Source: an uncultured Planctomycetales bacterium
Lineage (GTDB): Bacteria; Omnitrophota; Gorgyraeia; Zapsychrales; Fredricksoniimonadaceae
Assembly (NCBI GenBank): GCA_964583975.1
Contig: CAZOXU010000010.1
Coordinates: forward strand, 9,779 to 73,778
Length of the DNA stretch: 64,000 bases
Reading direction: 5' to 3'
Shown: in pieces, positions 1-8,657 of the stretch
Layout of the letters: the number at the start of each line of letters is the position of its first letter
How positions within the stretch are numbered: position 1 is the first letter of the stretch
Translations under genes and position numbers: made by a program
Notes under the pieces: model-generated
The model's database searches: none
The model's input: only the letters and a program-made list of their open reading frames with translations
What the model was told of the DNA's origin: nothing

Positions 1-354
1 TTTGTGGTAGGAACCATCAGCCACAAAATGGCCCCGGTCTTAAAGACAGTTTATGATCAAATGTGTGAACCCAAATGGGTAGTTGCTTTTGGCGTTTGCA
101 CCTGCACCGGTGGTTTTTACGATAATTATGCAACCGTTCAGGGGATTGACACTATTATTCCGGTTGATATTTATATCCCTGGTTGTCCTCCTAGACCTGA
201 AAATGTTATTGATGGGTTAATGAAGCTTCAAGAGAAGATTCAAAAAGGTGAGCAATCGCGTACGCTGTATGATCCACGCACCAAGGTAGGACGCCCTGCA
301 GAATTAAGTCAATACACCATTGAGAAACATATTAAACATATAGAAACAAAATGA
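1..354 (+). CDS. nuoB: NADH-quinone oxidoreductase subunit B, 5'-truncated at the window edge
   Basis: The ORF 4..354 translation carries the NuoB C-terminal motifs ([28 protein letters not shown]). The N-terminal half of a normal NuoB is missing, so the gene starts upstream of the window. Confidence 0.9.
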   Translation, partial: FVVGTISHKMAPVLKTVYDQMCEPKWVVAFGVCTCTGGFYDNYATVQGIDTIIPVDIYIPGCPPRPENVIDGLMKLQEKIQKGEQSRTLYDPRTKVGRPAELSQYTIEKHIKHIETK

Positions 355-845
355 CGCCTTTAGAACGAGTTCAAGAACAATTTACGCAAGAAATAATCGA
401 AACCCATGCCTTTAGGGGCGATGAGACGATTGTTATTAAACCCAACGCTTTGCGCAGCGTCGCTCAATTTCTAAAAACCACCCCTGAGCTAGATTTTAAT
501 TATCTGATGGATTTAACAGCAGTCGATTATCTTTTCTTTGCCGGTGGAAGAATCCAAAAAGAACATCGCTTTGAAGTGGTCATTCATTTTTATTCAATCA
601 AATACAATCATCGATTACGTGTGAAAGTTCCTGTCGATGAAAAGAACCCTGAAATCGACACTCTTTCGGATGTATGGCCATCCGCCAATTGGTATGAAAG
701 AGAAGTTTGGGATATGTATGGCATTCGTTTTAAGGGCCATCCAAATTTAAAACGCATTTTGATGTATGAAGAATTTCAAGGACATGCTTTACGCAAAGAC
801 TATTCTTTTAATAAGCGTCAACCATTGATAGGACCAAAAACGTAA
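351..845 (+). CDS. nuoC: NADH-quinone oxidoreductase subunit C
   Basis: 164 aa, 30 kDa-subunit-like sequence with a 4 nt overlap to nuoB. It is separate from nuoD, so not a fused nuoCD. Confidence 0.85.
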   Translation: MTPLERVQEQFTQEIIETHAFRGDETIVIKPNALRSVAQFLKTTPELDFNYLMDLTAVDYLFFAGGRIQKEHRFEVVIHFYSIKYNHRLRVKVPVDEKNPEIDTLSDVWPSANWYEREVWDMYGIRFKGHPNLKRILMYEEFQGHALRKDYSFNKRQPLIGPKT

Positions 846-2170
846 TGGCAACAAAAACGCATACAATGTTATTAAACGTAGGTCCTTCGCATCCAGCTAT
901 GCACGGCGTTATTCGCATGGTGATGGAACTTGAGGGCGAGAAAATCAAAGGTGTCGATGTTGAAATCGGATACCTGCATCGCGCCTTTGAGAAAATGTGC
1001 GAGACTGTCATGTACAATCAGTGCTTTCCTTACACAGACCGTCTCAACTATGTTTCACCGTTAATTAATAATGTTGGTTTTGCCATGACAGTTGAGAAAT
1101 TGCTTGGCATTGATATCCCCGAGCGCGCTAAGTATATCCGTGTCATCATGAGTGAAATTTCTCGTGTCACCGACCATTTGACTTGCATTGGCGCTTCAGC
1201 CATGGAATTAGGTGCTATGTCGGTATTTTTGTACATGATCAAGGCGCGCGACATTCTTTATGAGTTGGTTGAAGAAATCACCGGTGCTCGTTTGACCATT
1301 TCCTATGTACGTATTGGCGGTGTGAAGGCTGATTTAACTCCTAATTTTACTGATAATTGTTTTAAAAAGATTGCTGAAGTTCGCAAGGTTCTCATCGAAG
1401 CGGATGAGCTTTTAACACGTAACCGTATCTTCTTTGACCGCATGAAGGATATTGGAAAAATTTCTGCTGAAGATGCCATTGCGTACGGAATCACAGGCCC
1501 ATTTTTAAGAGCAACCGGCGTTGCCTATGATGTACGTAAAGCCAGCCCCTATTTGATTTATGATCGCCTGGATTTTGAAGTTCCTGTTGGTACCAAAGGT
1601 GATAACCTTGATCGATATTTTGTGCGCATGGCTGAAATGGAACAATCGCTACGCATGATTGAACAGTGCTTTCAACAAATTCCTGATGGTCCAGTTTCTG
1701 GAGAATTAACTGGTGAGGTGATGTCCGCCGCTGACATGGTCGATCATGCCAAGATGGGCGAAACCCAAGGCTTAAAAGAATTCGAAGTAGATTTGGATCC
1801 AACCTTGCAAGGCAGTACTAAAAAATATCACGATGCAGTTTATGCAGATCAAAAAGGTGTAGTCCTGCCAGCTAAGGAACAAACCTATGGCAATATTGAA
1901 GGCCTTATGAATCATTTCAAATTGGTCATGTATGGGCATGGTATTCGCCCACCCGTAGGAGAGGTTTATTTTCCTGTGGAAGGGGCCAATGGAGAACTTG
2001 GATTTTATATTGTCTCTGATGGCCGTGATCATCCTTGGCGCGTCCGAGTGCATCCACCATGTTTTCCTATTATGGGAGCTTTGCACAAGGTATTAATTGG
2101 AGATTCGATGGCAGATTTAGTTCCGACGTTCGGATCAGTCAATATGATCGCCGGGGAATTAGATAGATAA
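845..2170 (+). CDS. nuoD: NADH-quinone oxidoreductase subunit D (49 kDa)
   Basis: 441 aa with strong NuoD/Nqo4 similarity (NVGPSHPAMHGV, RIGGV motifs). Its start overlaps the nuoC stop. Confidence 0.92.
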   Translation: MATKTHTMLLNVGPSHPAMHGVIRMVMELEGEKIKGVDVEIGYLHRAFEKMCETVMYNQCFPYTDRLNYVSPLINNVGFAMTVEKLLGIDIPERAKYIRVIMSEISRVTDHLTCIGASAMELGAMSVFLYMIKARDILYELVEEITGARLTISYVRIGGVKADLTPNFTDNCFKKIAEVRKVLIEADELLTRNRIFFDRMKDIGKISAEDAIAYGITGPFLRATGVAYDVRKASPYLIYDRLDFEVPVGTKGDNLDRYFVRMAEMEQSLRMIEQCFQQIPDGPVSGELTGEVMSAADMVDHAKMGETQGLKEFEVDLDPTLQGSTKKYHDAVYADQKGVVLPAKEQTYGNIEGLMNHFKLVMYGHGIRPPVGEVYFPVEGANGELGFYIVSDGRDHPWRVRVHPPCFPIMGALHKVLIGDSMADLVPTFGSVNMIAGELDR

Positions 2171-2184
2171 AACAATTATGGCAT

Positions 2185-2242
2185 CCCCGAATGTTTTAAT
2201 CGGGGATCCAGGCACTAGATTCCCGACAAAAGCATTCGGGAA
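2185..2242 (+). repeat. two tandem similar hairpins in the nuoD-nuoE gap
   Basis: CCCCGA-atgttttaa-TCGGGG and TTCCCGA-caaaagca-TCGGGAA, ending at the nuoE start codon. Confidence 0.6.
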
Positions 2243-2718
2243 TGACAATAGAAACTATGGCTCAAGATTATTCACAAGAGATCGATAAAATTGTAAACCT
2301 TTACGAAGATAAAAGAGCAGCGCTTCTGCCCGTGCTTCATTTGATTCAAGAGAAAGAAGGTTTTATTTCTCCTGAAGCTGAACAGCGAGCTGCCGATCGC
2401 CTACAGGTTCCTGTAGTGCAGGTCCATCAAGTTGTTTCTTTCTATCATTTGTTTCACCGAGAAAAGAAGGGCAAATGTCATTTTTCTGTCTGCCAGACTA
2501 CTGCCTGCGCGTTGCTCGGAGGTGAAGATGTGATTGAACATATTGAAAAACGTTTAGGCATTAAGCACGGCGAAACAACCAAGGATGGCAAATTTTCCTT
2601 AAGCGTGGTTGAGTGTCTTGGTGCCTGCGAACATGCACCAGTCATGCAATGCAATAAAGATTATGTGGGATTGTTAAATAAAAAGAAAATCGATGAAATG
2701 ATCGATAAGAATAAATAA
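2242..2718 (+). CDS. nuoE: NADH-quinone oxidoreductase subunit E (24 kDa, 2Fe-2S)
   Basis: 158 aa thioredoxin-like 2Fe-2S ferredoxin pattern with the cysteines in place (CQTTAC ... CLGAC). Confidence 0.88.
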   Translation: MTIETMAQDYSQEIDKIVNLYEDKRAALLPVLHLIQEKEGFISPEAEQRAADRLQVPVVQVHQVVSFYHLFHREKKGKCHFSVCQTTACALLGGEDVIEHIEKRLGIKHGETTKDGKFSLSVVECLGACEHAPVMQCNKDYVGLLNKKKIDEMIDKNK

Positions 2719-2719
2719 T

Positions 2720-3988
2720 ATGGAAAAAATCGTTTCGAGAAATTTTGATCGACCTAATTCGTACCGTTTAGAAACCTATGTGGCTAATCAAGGTTATGAA
2801 GCGGCGCGTAAGGCTTTACAAATGACGCCAGCCGCCGTCATTGAAGAGATCAAAAAATCTAATCTTCGGGGGTTAGGTGGAGCTGGCTTCCCAACTGGGA
2901 CCAAGTGGGGTTTTATTAATCCTGCCATCCCTAAGCCAAAGTATCTGGTTGTTAATGGCGATGAAGGTGAGCCAGGAACGTTTAAAGATAAATATATTCT
3001 TGAGTTAGATCCGCATGCCTTTTTAGAAGGCGTTCTCATCACTTGTTATGCGATAGGTTCTCACAAAGCCTATGTTTATATTCGCGGCGAATATGTTATT
3101 CCAATTCAGCGTTTAAGAGATGCTATTGAAGAAGCTCGCCAAAAGAACTTTTTAGGCAAAGGCATTATGGGAACCGGTTTTGATTTAGAAGTGGTAGTTC
3201 ACCAAGGGGCAGGAGCTTATATTTGTGGGGAAGAAACAGCACTCTTGGAATCTTTAGAAGGCAAAAAAGGATTCCCTCGTCTGAAACCACCATTTCCAGC
3301 TGTTATTGGGTTGTTTGGATGCCCTACGGTTATCAATAACGTTGAAACCTTGGCTTGCGTGCCGCCGATTTTACAAAAAGGCAGCGAGTGGTTTGCAAAA
3401 TTAGGCTCAGAGAAAAACGGAGGCAACCGATTGTTCTGTGTCAGCGGACATGTCAATAAACCAGGCGTATACGAGCTTCCCAATGGAACGACCTTACGTG
3501 AAATCATTTATGAACATGCTGGTGGCATTCGTGGTGGACGAAAACTCAAAGCAGTTATTCCAGGAGGAATCTCAGCGCCTATTCTCACCCCAGATCAGTT
3601 AGATGTAAAAATGGATTTTGATTCGCTCAAAGCGATTGGTTCGATGGCGGGCTCCGGGGGAATTATTGTTATGGATGACACTACTTGTATGGTCAGGGCT
3701 GCTTTAATTGCTGCTCGCTTTTTTGCTCATGAATCCTGCGGCCAGTGTTCGCCTTGCCGAGAAGGCTCGGGCTGGGTATATCGTAATGTGAAAAGAATTT
3801 ATCATGGTGAAGGCCAACCGCATGATTTAAAAAATTTACCAGGCATTGTGAATAATATCGGAGGCAACACGATTTGTGCTTTCGGTGATGCTGTAACGAT
3901 GTCAGTCGGTAGCTATGTGTCTAAGTTCCGTAAAGAATTTGAAGATCACGTGAATTCCAAGAAATGTGAGCATGTATGCCAAAATTAA
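2720..3988 (+). CDS. nuoF: NADH-quinone oxidoreductase subunit F (51 kDa; FMN, NADH, 4Fe-4S)
   Basis: 422 aa with the GLGGAGFPTG FMN/NADH motifs and a C-terminal CxxCxxC cluster (ESCGQCSPCREG). Confidence 0.92.
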   Translation: MEKIVSRNFDRPNSYRLETYVANQGYEAARKALQMTPAAVIEEIKKSNLRGLGGAGFPTGTKWGFINPAIPKPKYLVVNGDEGEPGTFKDKYILELDPHAFLEGVLITCYAIGSHKAYVYIRGEYVIPIQRLRDAIEEARQKNFLGKGIMGTGFDLEVVVHQGAGAYICGEETALLESLEGKKGFPRLKPPFPAVIGLFGCPTVINNVETLACVPPILQKGSEWFAKLGSEKNGGNRLFCVSGHVNKPGVYELPNGTTLREIIYEHAGGIRGGRKLKAVIPGGISAPILTPDQLDVKMDFDSLKAIGSMAGSGGIIVMDDTTCMVRAALIAARFFAHESCGQCSPCREGSGWVYRNVKRIYHGEGQPHDLKNLPGIVNNIGGNTICAFGDAVTMSVGSYVSKFRKEFEDHVNSKKCEHVCQN

Positions 3989-5532
3989 CCATTGATGGAC
4001 GAGAGATTGAAGTTGCAGCAGGCACAACAATTATTCAAGCGGCGGATAAGCTAGGAATCACCATCCCTCGCTATTGTTACCACGAAGCCTTACCTGTCTC
4101 AGGAAATTGTCGCATTTGCATGGTCGAGGTAGAAAAACAACCCAAATTACAGATCGCTTGTTATACACCTGTGGCTGATGGTATGGTCGTTAAAACTACT
4201 TCACCCAAGGTCTTAGAAGTACGCAAATCTGTTTTAGAATTTTTGCTGGTGAATCATCCGTTAGATTGCCCTGTTTGCGACCAGGCTGGCGAATGCAAAT
4301 TACAAGATTATTACATGGATCACGGTCAGTATGACAGTCGTCTTGATGATGTTAAGGTGAAGAAAGAAAAGAAGGCGGTCTCGATAGGACCGACTGTGAT
4401 GCTTGACCAAGAACGCTGCATTTTATGTACACGTTGTGTTCGTTTCACCGATCATATTAGTAAGACCCATGAACTCGGTGTATTTGAACGCGGCGATCAT
4501 TCGCAGCTTGATGTGTATCCAGGCAAACAACTAGATAACAATTATTCAGGAAACGTCGTTGATATTTGCCCAGTCGGAGCGCTGACCGATAAAGACTTCC
4601 GTTTTAAATGTCGTGTGTGGTATTTAGAGAAGACCAAGTCGGTTTGTCCAGGCTGCAGCAATGGATGCAACATTACTGTTGAATGGGATAAATCACGACC
4701 TCATCAAGATAAAAAAGAACGTGTCATGCGTTTAAAACCAAGGTTAAACGGCGAAGTTAATAATTGTTGGATTTGCGATGAAGGTCGCTACAACTATCGT
4801 TTTATCGACGAAAATAGAATTACAACTCCTCAAATTAAAGATGATTTAGTTAGATGGGATGCAGCTTTAGAGACCGTGGCTTCAGCCATTACGGCAGCCG
4901 GGAGTAAAGTCGGTGTAATAGCTAATGCTCAATTGACCAATGAAGATCTTTTTGTGATTCGTAAATTATTCAAAGATGCCTCAGTTGGTTTTAAGGTTCC
5001 CCAAGCTTTAGGTAAGAGCGATGATTTCTTATTGAAAGCTGATCGCAATCCCAATACGGCTGGTGCGCAAAGTATTCTAGGTGACAGCGATGCCCAGGCC
5101 ATTATCAAAAAAGCCCAAGAAGGGCAGCTAGATGTTTTATATGTCTTTGGTCATGATTTGGTCAAGCTTTTTGGTAAAAGTACGGTTGAGACAATCGCTC
5201 GCAAAGTCAAATTATTCGTTTATCAAGGTAGCAATGTTAATGACACAGCTTCTTACGCGCATGTGATTTTGCCAAGCGCCGTTTATGCCGAGAAAGATGG
5301 GACCTTTACAAATTTCCAAGGCCGGGTGCAAAGAATTCGACCAGCTTTCTTACCCAAAGCCGAAGCTAAGGGTGATTGGGAAATCCTAAAACTACTAAGC
5401 CAAAAATTAGGCAAGGCCCTCGAATACAACAATTCTCAAGAAGTGTTTAAGGATGTAGCCACTGCTATAGCTGCATTTTCCGAAATGTCGTATGAAAAAA
5501 TTGGCGATCAAGGAATGTTGTTTAAAAAATAA
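3976..5532 (+). CDS. nuoG: NADH-quinone oxidoreductase subunit G, short form (518 aa)
   Basis: N-terminal 2Fe-2S and 4Fe-4S binding motifs are present (CYHEALPVSGNCRIC, CPVCDQAGECKLQ, CILCTRCVRF). The protein is much shorter than the roughly 800-900 aa canonical NuoG, so most of the molybdopterin-like C-terminal domain is absent. Confidence 0.8.
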   Translation: MPKLTIDGREIEVAAGTTIIQAADKLGITIPRYCYHEALPVSGNCRICMVEVEKQPKLQIACYTPVADGMVVKTTSPKVLEVRKSVLEFLLVNHPLDCPVCDQAGECKLQDYYMDHGQYDSRLDDVKVKKEKKAVSIGPTVMLDQERCILCTRCVRFTDHISKTHELGVFERGDHSQLDVYPGKQLDNNYSGNVVDICPVGALTDKDFRFKCRVWYLEKTKSVCPGCSNGCNITVEWDKSRPHQDKKERVMRLKPRLNGEVNNCWICDEGRYNYRFIDENRITTPQIKDDLVRWDAALETVASAITAAGSKVGVIANAQLTNEDLFVIRKLFKDASVGFKVPQALGKSDDFLLKADRNPNTAGAQSILGDSDAQAIIKKAQEGQLDVLYVFGHDLVKLFGKSTVETIARKVKLFVYQGSNVNDTASYAHVILPSAVYAEKDGTFTNFQGRVQRIRPAFLPKAEAKGDWEILKLLSQKLGKALEYNNSQEVFKDVATAIAAFSEMSYEKIGDQGMLFKK

Positions 5533-5534
5533 AT

Positions 5535-6620
5535 ATGCTAACCGATATCCTTATTAAATTTGCATTAGCCAGCGGCACGATATTCATCATGTTTAATATC
5601 GCAGGCCTCTTGACGTGGGTTGAACGCAAGCAATCTGCGGTCATGCAAGATCGTATTGGAGCGAACCGTGCTTCAATTTTTGGTTTTAAGGCGTTAGGAT
5701 TATTTCATGCGATTGCCGATGTGTTAAAGATGCTCAGCAAAGAAGAGTTCATACCAGCGGGGGCCAATAAATTTTTATTTAATATTGCTCCGTATCTATC
5801 AGTGGTTTTTGCCTTGGTTGGTTTTGCAGCTATTCCAATTGGCAACCAGTTGATTGTAGGAGATAGAATCATTGAACTTCAAGCTGCTAATATCAATGTC
5901 GCCTTACTTTTTGTTTTTGCCATGATGTCGATGGGTGTTTATGGGGTGGTGCTTGCTGGATTTTCTTCGAATAACAATTATGCGTTTTTAGGTGGTATGC
6001 GTGGCGCAGCTCAGATGATCGCCTATGAAATCACCATGGGGGCAGCCATCATGGGGGTCATCATGGTCTACAATACCCTTGATCTTCAAGCATTGGTACG
6101 GGCCCAAGGAGATTATTTATTAGGTGGCTGGCTTCCTAAATGGGGTATTTTTGTCCAGCCTTTAGCGTTTTTATTATTCTTTACAGCAGCCACAGCGGAA
6201 ACCAAACGTACACCTTTCGATCTTCCTGAGGGAGAATCAGAAATTATTGGATATTTCGTTGAATACAGTGGCATGAAATTTGGCATGTTCTTTTTAGCTG
6301 ACTTAATTGAGACGGTGTTGGTGGCAGCTTTAATGACAACATTATTTTTAGGCGGTTGGCAAGTGCCTTATTTGATGCCTGATGGATTTCATTTCCCATG
6401 GGGTGGACATATGGCGATGGGTAATCTGGCTGTCACGCTCCTTGGAGTTGGCGCCTTCTTTGCCAAGGTCAGCATATTTATTTGGGTGCTGATGGCTGTT
6501 CGCTGGACCTTACCTCGATTTCGTTATGATCAATTGATGCGTCTAGGCTGGCAGATATTGCTTCCGGCTTCACTTTTTAACATCGCAATCACAGCTGTTG
6601 TGATTACTTTACTTAGGTAA
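5535..6620 (+). CDS. nuoH: NADH-quinone oxidoreductase subunit H
   Basis: 361 aa polytopic membrane protein with NuoH/ND1-like conserved stretches (GYFVEYSG, RYDQLMRLGW). Confidence 0.9.
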   Translation: MLTDILIKFALASGTIFIMFNIAGLLTWVERKQSAVMQDRIGANRASIFGFKALGLFHAIADVLKMLSKEEFIPAGANKFLFNIAPYLSVVFALVGFAAIPIGNQLIVGDRIIELQAANINVALLFVFAMMSMGVYGVVLAGFSSNNNYAFLGGMRGAAQMIAYEITMGAAIMGVIMVYNTLDLQALVRAQGDYLLGGWLPKWGIFVQPLAFLLFFTAATAETKRTPFDLPEGESEIIGYFVEYSGMKFGMFFLADLIETVLVAALMTTLFLGGWQVPYLMPDGFHFPWGGHMAMGNLAVTLLGVGAFFAKVSIFIWVLMAVRWTLPRFRYDQLMRLGWQILLPASLFNIAITAVVITLLR

Positions 6621-6623
6621 ATT

Positions 6624-7226
6624 ATGGAAAACCCCAACGAAAAGCGTCGTGCCGAGCTAGAAAAATATTTTGATGCGAAAAGTCCTTTTGCACTTTTACG
6701 TGTCGCTCAAATGAAGCGTGCCTGGAAGCAGAAAGACCGCCGAGAACTGACCTGGTGGGAAAATACCTATATCCCCATGCTTTTAAGCGGATTGTATTTA
6801 ACCTCTAAGCATTTCTTTCATAATTTAAAGCTGCATATCTTGCATGTGTTTGGTCTGTACAAAGATGTTCCAGCTGCTGTGACCTATCAATATCCCGAGC
6901 AAAAAAGACCATTGGCCCCACGCACACGCACACGTCATCGTTTGATGAAGCGAGAAGATGGTTCGCCTCGCTGTGTGGCTTGCATGATGTGTGAGACGGT
7001 TTGTCCGGCCCGCTGCATTGAAATTACTGCGGCCGAGCATCCTGATCCTAATATCGAAAAATATCCTGCTGAATTCATATTGGATTTAGGAAAGTGTGTG
7101 TACTGTGGTTTTTGTGTTGAAGTCTGCCCCGAAGATGCCATCCGCATGGACACTGGCAAGCTCGATACCGCCGAATACTCCCGCGAAAGCATGATCTACA
7201 ATAAAAAACGTTTGATGAACGACTAG
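6624..7226 (+). CDS. nuoI: NADH-quinone oxidoreductase subunit I (2x 4Fe-4S ferredoxin)
   Basis: Two CxxCxxCxxxCP motifs (CVACMMCETVCP, CVYCGFCVEVCP). It has a roughly 30-40 aa N-terminal extension relative to a typical NuoI, so the true start may be an internal Met. Confidence 0.85.
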   Translation: MENPNEKRRAELEKYFDAKSPFALLRVAQMKRAWKQKDRRELTWWENTYIPMLLSGLYLTSKHFFHNLKLHILHVFGLYKDVPAAVTYQYPEQKRPLAPRTRTRHRLMKREDGSPRCVACMMCETVCPARCIEITAAEHPDPNIEKYPAEFILDLGKCVYCGFCVEVCPEDAIRMDTGKLDTAEYSRESMIYNKKRLMND

Positions 7227-7269
7227 TCTTGATATTTTAAGTCTATAAATTAAGATTGATACGTTTCTG

Positions 7270-7315
7270 ATTCATCCGATTTCCCCAATCGGAATTAAAA
7301 ATCCCCCAAGTTTAA
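7270..7315 (+). promoter_or_regulatory. conserved hairpin-containing element upstream of the ORF6N gene (copy A)
   Basis: ATTCATC-CGATT-TCCCCA-AATCGG-AATTAAAAATCCCCCAAGTTTA. It is homologous to 22388-22430 upstream of higB, where the stem covaries (CGCAT ... ATGCG). Confidence 0.5.
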
Positions 7316-7346
7316 TTCTTATAAATCCCCGCAAAAGGAGACATCT

Positions 7347-7922
7347 GTGTCTAAGAAAATCCAATTAGCAAATGTAGTACCGGTTGAAATTATCCAGAAT
7401 AAGATTTATTTAATTCGGGGAATGAAAGTAATGTTTGATAAAGATTTGGCAGAATTGTATGGGGTACTCACGAAGAATTTGAATAAAGCAGTTAATCGAA
7501 ATATTGAACGCTTCCCAGAAGATTTTATGTTCCAATTAACGAAAGAAGAAATGGATTCTTTAAGGTTCCAAATTGGAACCTTAAAGAGAGGACAGCATAT
7601 TAAATATATGCCGCATGTTTTTACTGAACAAGGAGTTGCCATGCTTTCAAGCGTGCTCAATTCTCAAAGAGCTATTTATGTCAACATTCAAATCATGAGG
7701 ACGTTTACAAAACTAAGAGAAATGATGGCTTCGCATAAAGATTTAGCCCGTAAGATTGAAGAGATGGAAAAGAAATACGACCATCAGTTTAAAGTCGTTT
7801 TTGATGCTATTAAACAGATCTTGCAGGTGAAGGAAGAAGAAAACAAAAATCGTGGACCTATAGGTTTTCAGCCACCACCCAAGTCAGCTGTCAAGCAATC
7901 GAACCGAGCTGCGAAGGGGTGA
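7347..7922 (+). CDS. ORF6N/KilA-N-like DNA-binding domain protein (phage antirepressor-like)
   Basis: 191 aa whose N-terminal sequence resembles the ORF6N family, followed by a coiled-coil tail. GTG start with an AAAGGAG RBS. It overlaps the 3' end of sixA convergently. Confidence 0.6.
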   Translation: MSKKIQLANVVPVEIIQNKIYLIRGMKVMFDKDLAELYGVLTKNLNKAVNRNIERFPEDFMFQLTKEEMDSLRFQIGTLKRGQHIKYMPHVFTEQGVAMLSSVLNSQRAIYVNIQIMRTFTKLREMMASHKDLARKIEEMEKKYDHQFKVVFDAIKQILQVKEEENKNRGPIGFQPPPKSAVKQSNRAAKG

Positions 7923-8406
7923 GGAGCCATTGCAAGTTGGCAGAGTCTGTCTCGGCGCGTCCTCGAATAGTTAAATGAGCTAGTCCACCTTTTTTGAGAG
8001 TCAAAGGGAGGCTCGTTTCACCTATCAGCAAAAAAGAGATCAATTCACTTAAATGTGGCTCGTGTCCTACTAAAAGGATGTTAGAACCCTTGCGGGCATG
8101 CTTATTGATTTGGGTACAAAGATCCTCAAAGGCTGCACCAGGAATGAGATTATCTGATAGCAAGATCTGCGCAGGAGCATTCTCGAAGGTTTTAGCCACA
8201 ATGGCAGCAGTCTGCTTGGCACGAACAAAGGGGCTGGTCAGGATTAGATCAAAAGACAGCTTCAAAGCACTCATGCCAAGGGCATTTTGCCGCATTTTTT
8301 CACTACCTTCTCTAGTAAGGGGACGTTTGCTGTCATCTTTAAACCCTTTTGTGCCTCGTTCGACCGCAATAGCATGTCTTAAGATGTAAAGATTCATAAG
8401 AAGCAT
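7891..8406 (-). CDS. sixA: phosphohistidine phosphatase SixA
   Basis: RHG phosphatase motif (LRHA..E..T...RPLTREG...HEP); about 165 aa after trimming to the MNLYILRHA start. Confidence 0.8.
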   Translation of the reverse strand: MLLMNLYILRHAIAVERGTKGFKDDSKRPLTREGSEKMRQNALGMSALKLSFDLILTSPFVRAKQTAAIVAKTFENAPAQILLSDNLIPGAAFEDLCTQINKHARKGSNILLVGHEPHLSELISFLLIGETSLPLTLKKGGLAHLTIRGRAETDSANLQWLLTPSQLGSIA

Positions 8407-8427
8407 TATAGATTAAAAGGCCTATAG

Positions 8428-8486
8428 GGGCAATCCCCCGTGGTTGCCCAATGATAAAAGGGCAGGCACAGGGGCCTGCCCCTACG
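8428..8486. repeat. REP-like element, family A, two-hairpin module, copy 1
   Basis: GGGCAA-TCCCCCGTGG-TTGCCC, then a spacer, then GGGCAGGC-ACAGGG-GCCTGCCC-CTACG. The second hairpin recurs at 16764-16790 and both recur at 23808-23864. Confidence 0.8.
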
Positions 8487-8496
8487 AGGAGCCTGT

Positions 8497-8543
8497 CAAG
8501 GCTTCAGAGCGTTTTTGAGAAAACGGTATCTATTGACGACAAA
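8497..8543 (+). promoter_or_regulatory. conserved roughly 47 nt element upstream of secreted paralog 1
   Basis: CAAGGCTTCAGAGCGTTTTTGAGAAAACGGTATCTATTGACGACAAA is about 80% identical to 13011-13058 upstream of paralog 3. It contains a TTGACG/TTGTCG -35-like hexamer and a CGTTTT..AAAACG palindrome. Confidence 0.5.
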
Positions 8544-8657
8544 AAGAGATTAGATTTTAGTTAACTTAGTTTTTGTTAGTTATGTATGGTATCTTTGTTA
8601 ATAGATGCAATTATTAGTTATTATAAATAAAAATATAAAAATTCCGAAAGGATCAGC

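Noticed and set aside
808-2086. Minus-strand ORFs of 63-104 aa within nuoC/nuoD (808..1017, 1048..1254, 1303..1494, 1491..1802, 1772..2086)
   Set aside because: They lie entirely antisense to highly conserved nuo coding sequence and have no RBS or homology signal. They are typical shadow ORFs.
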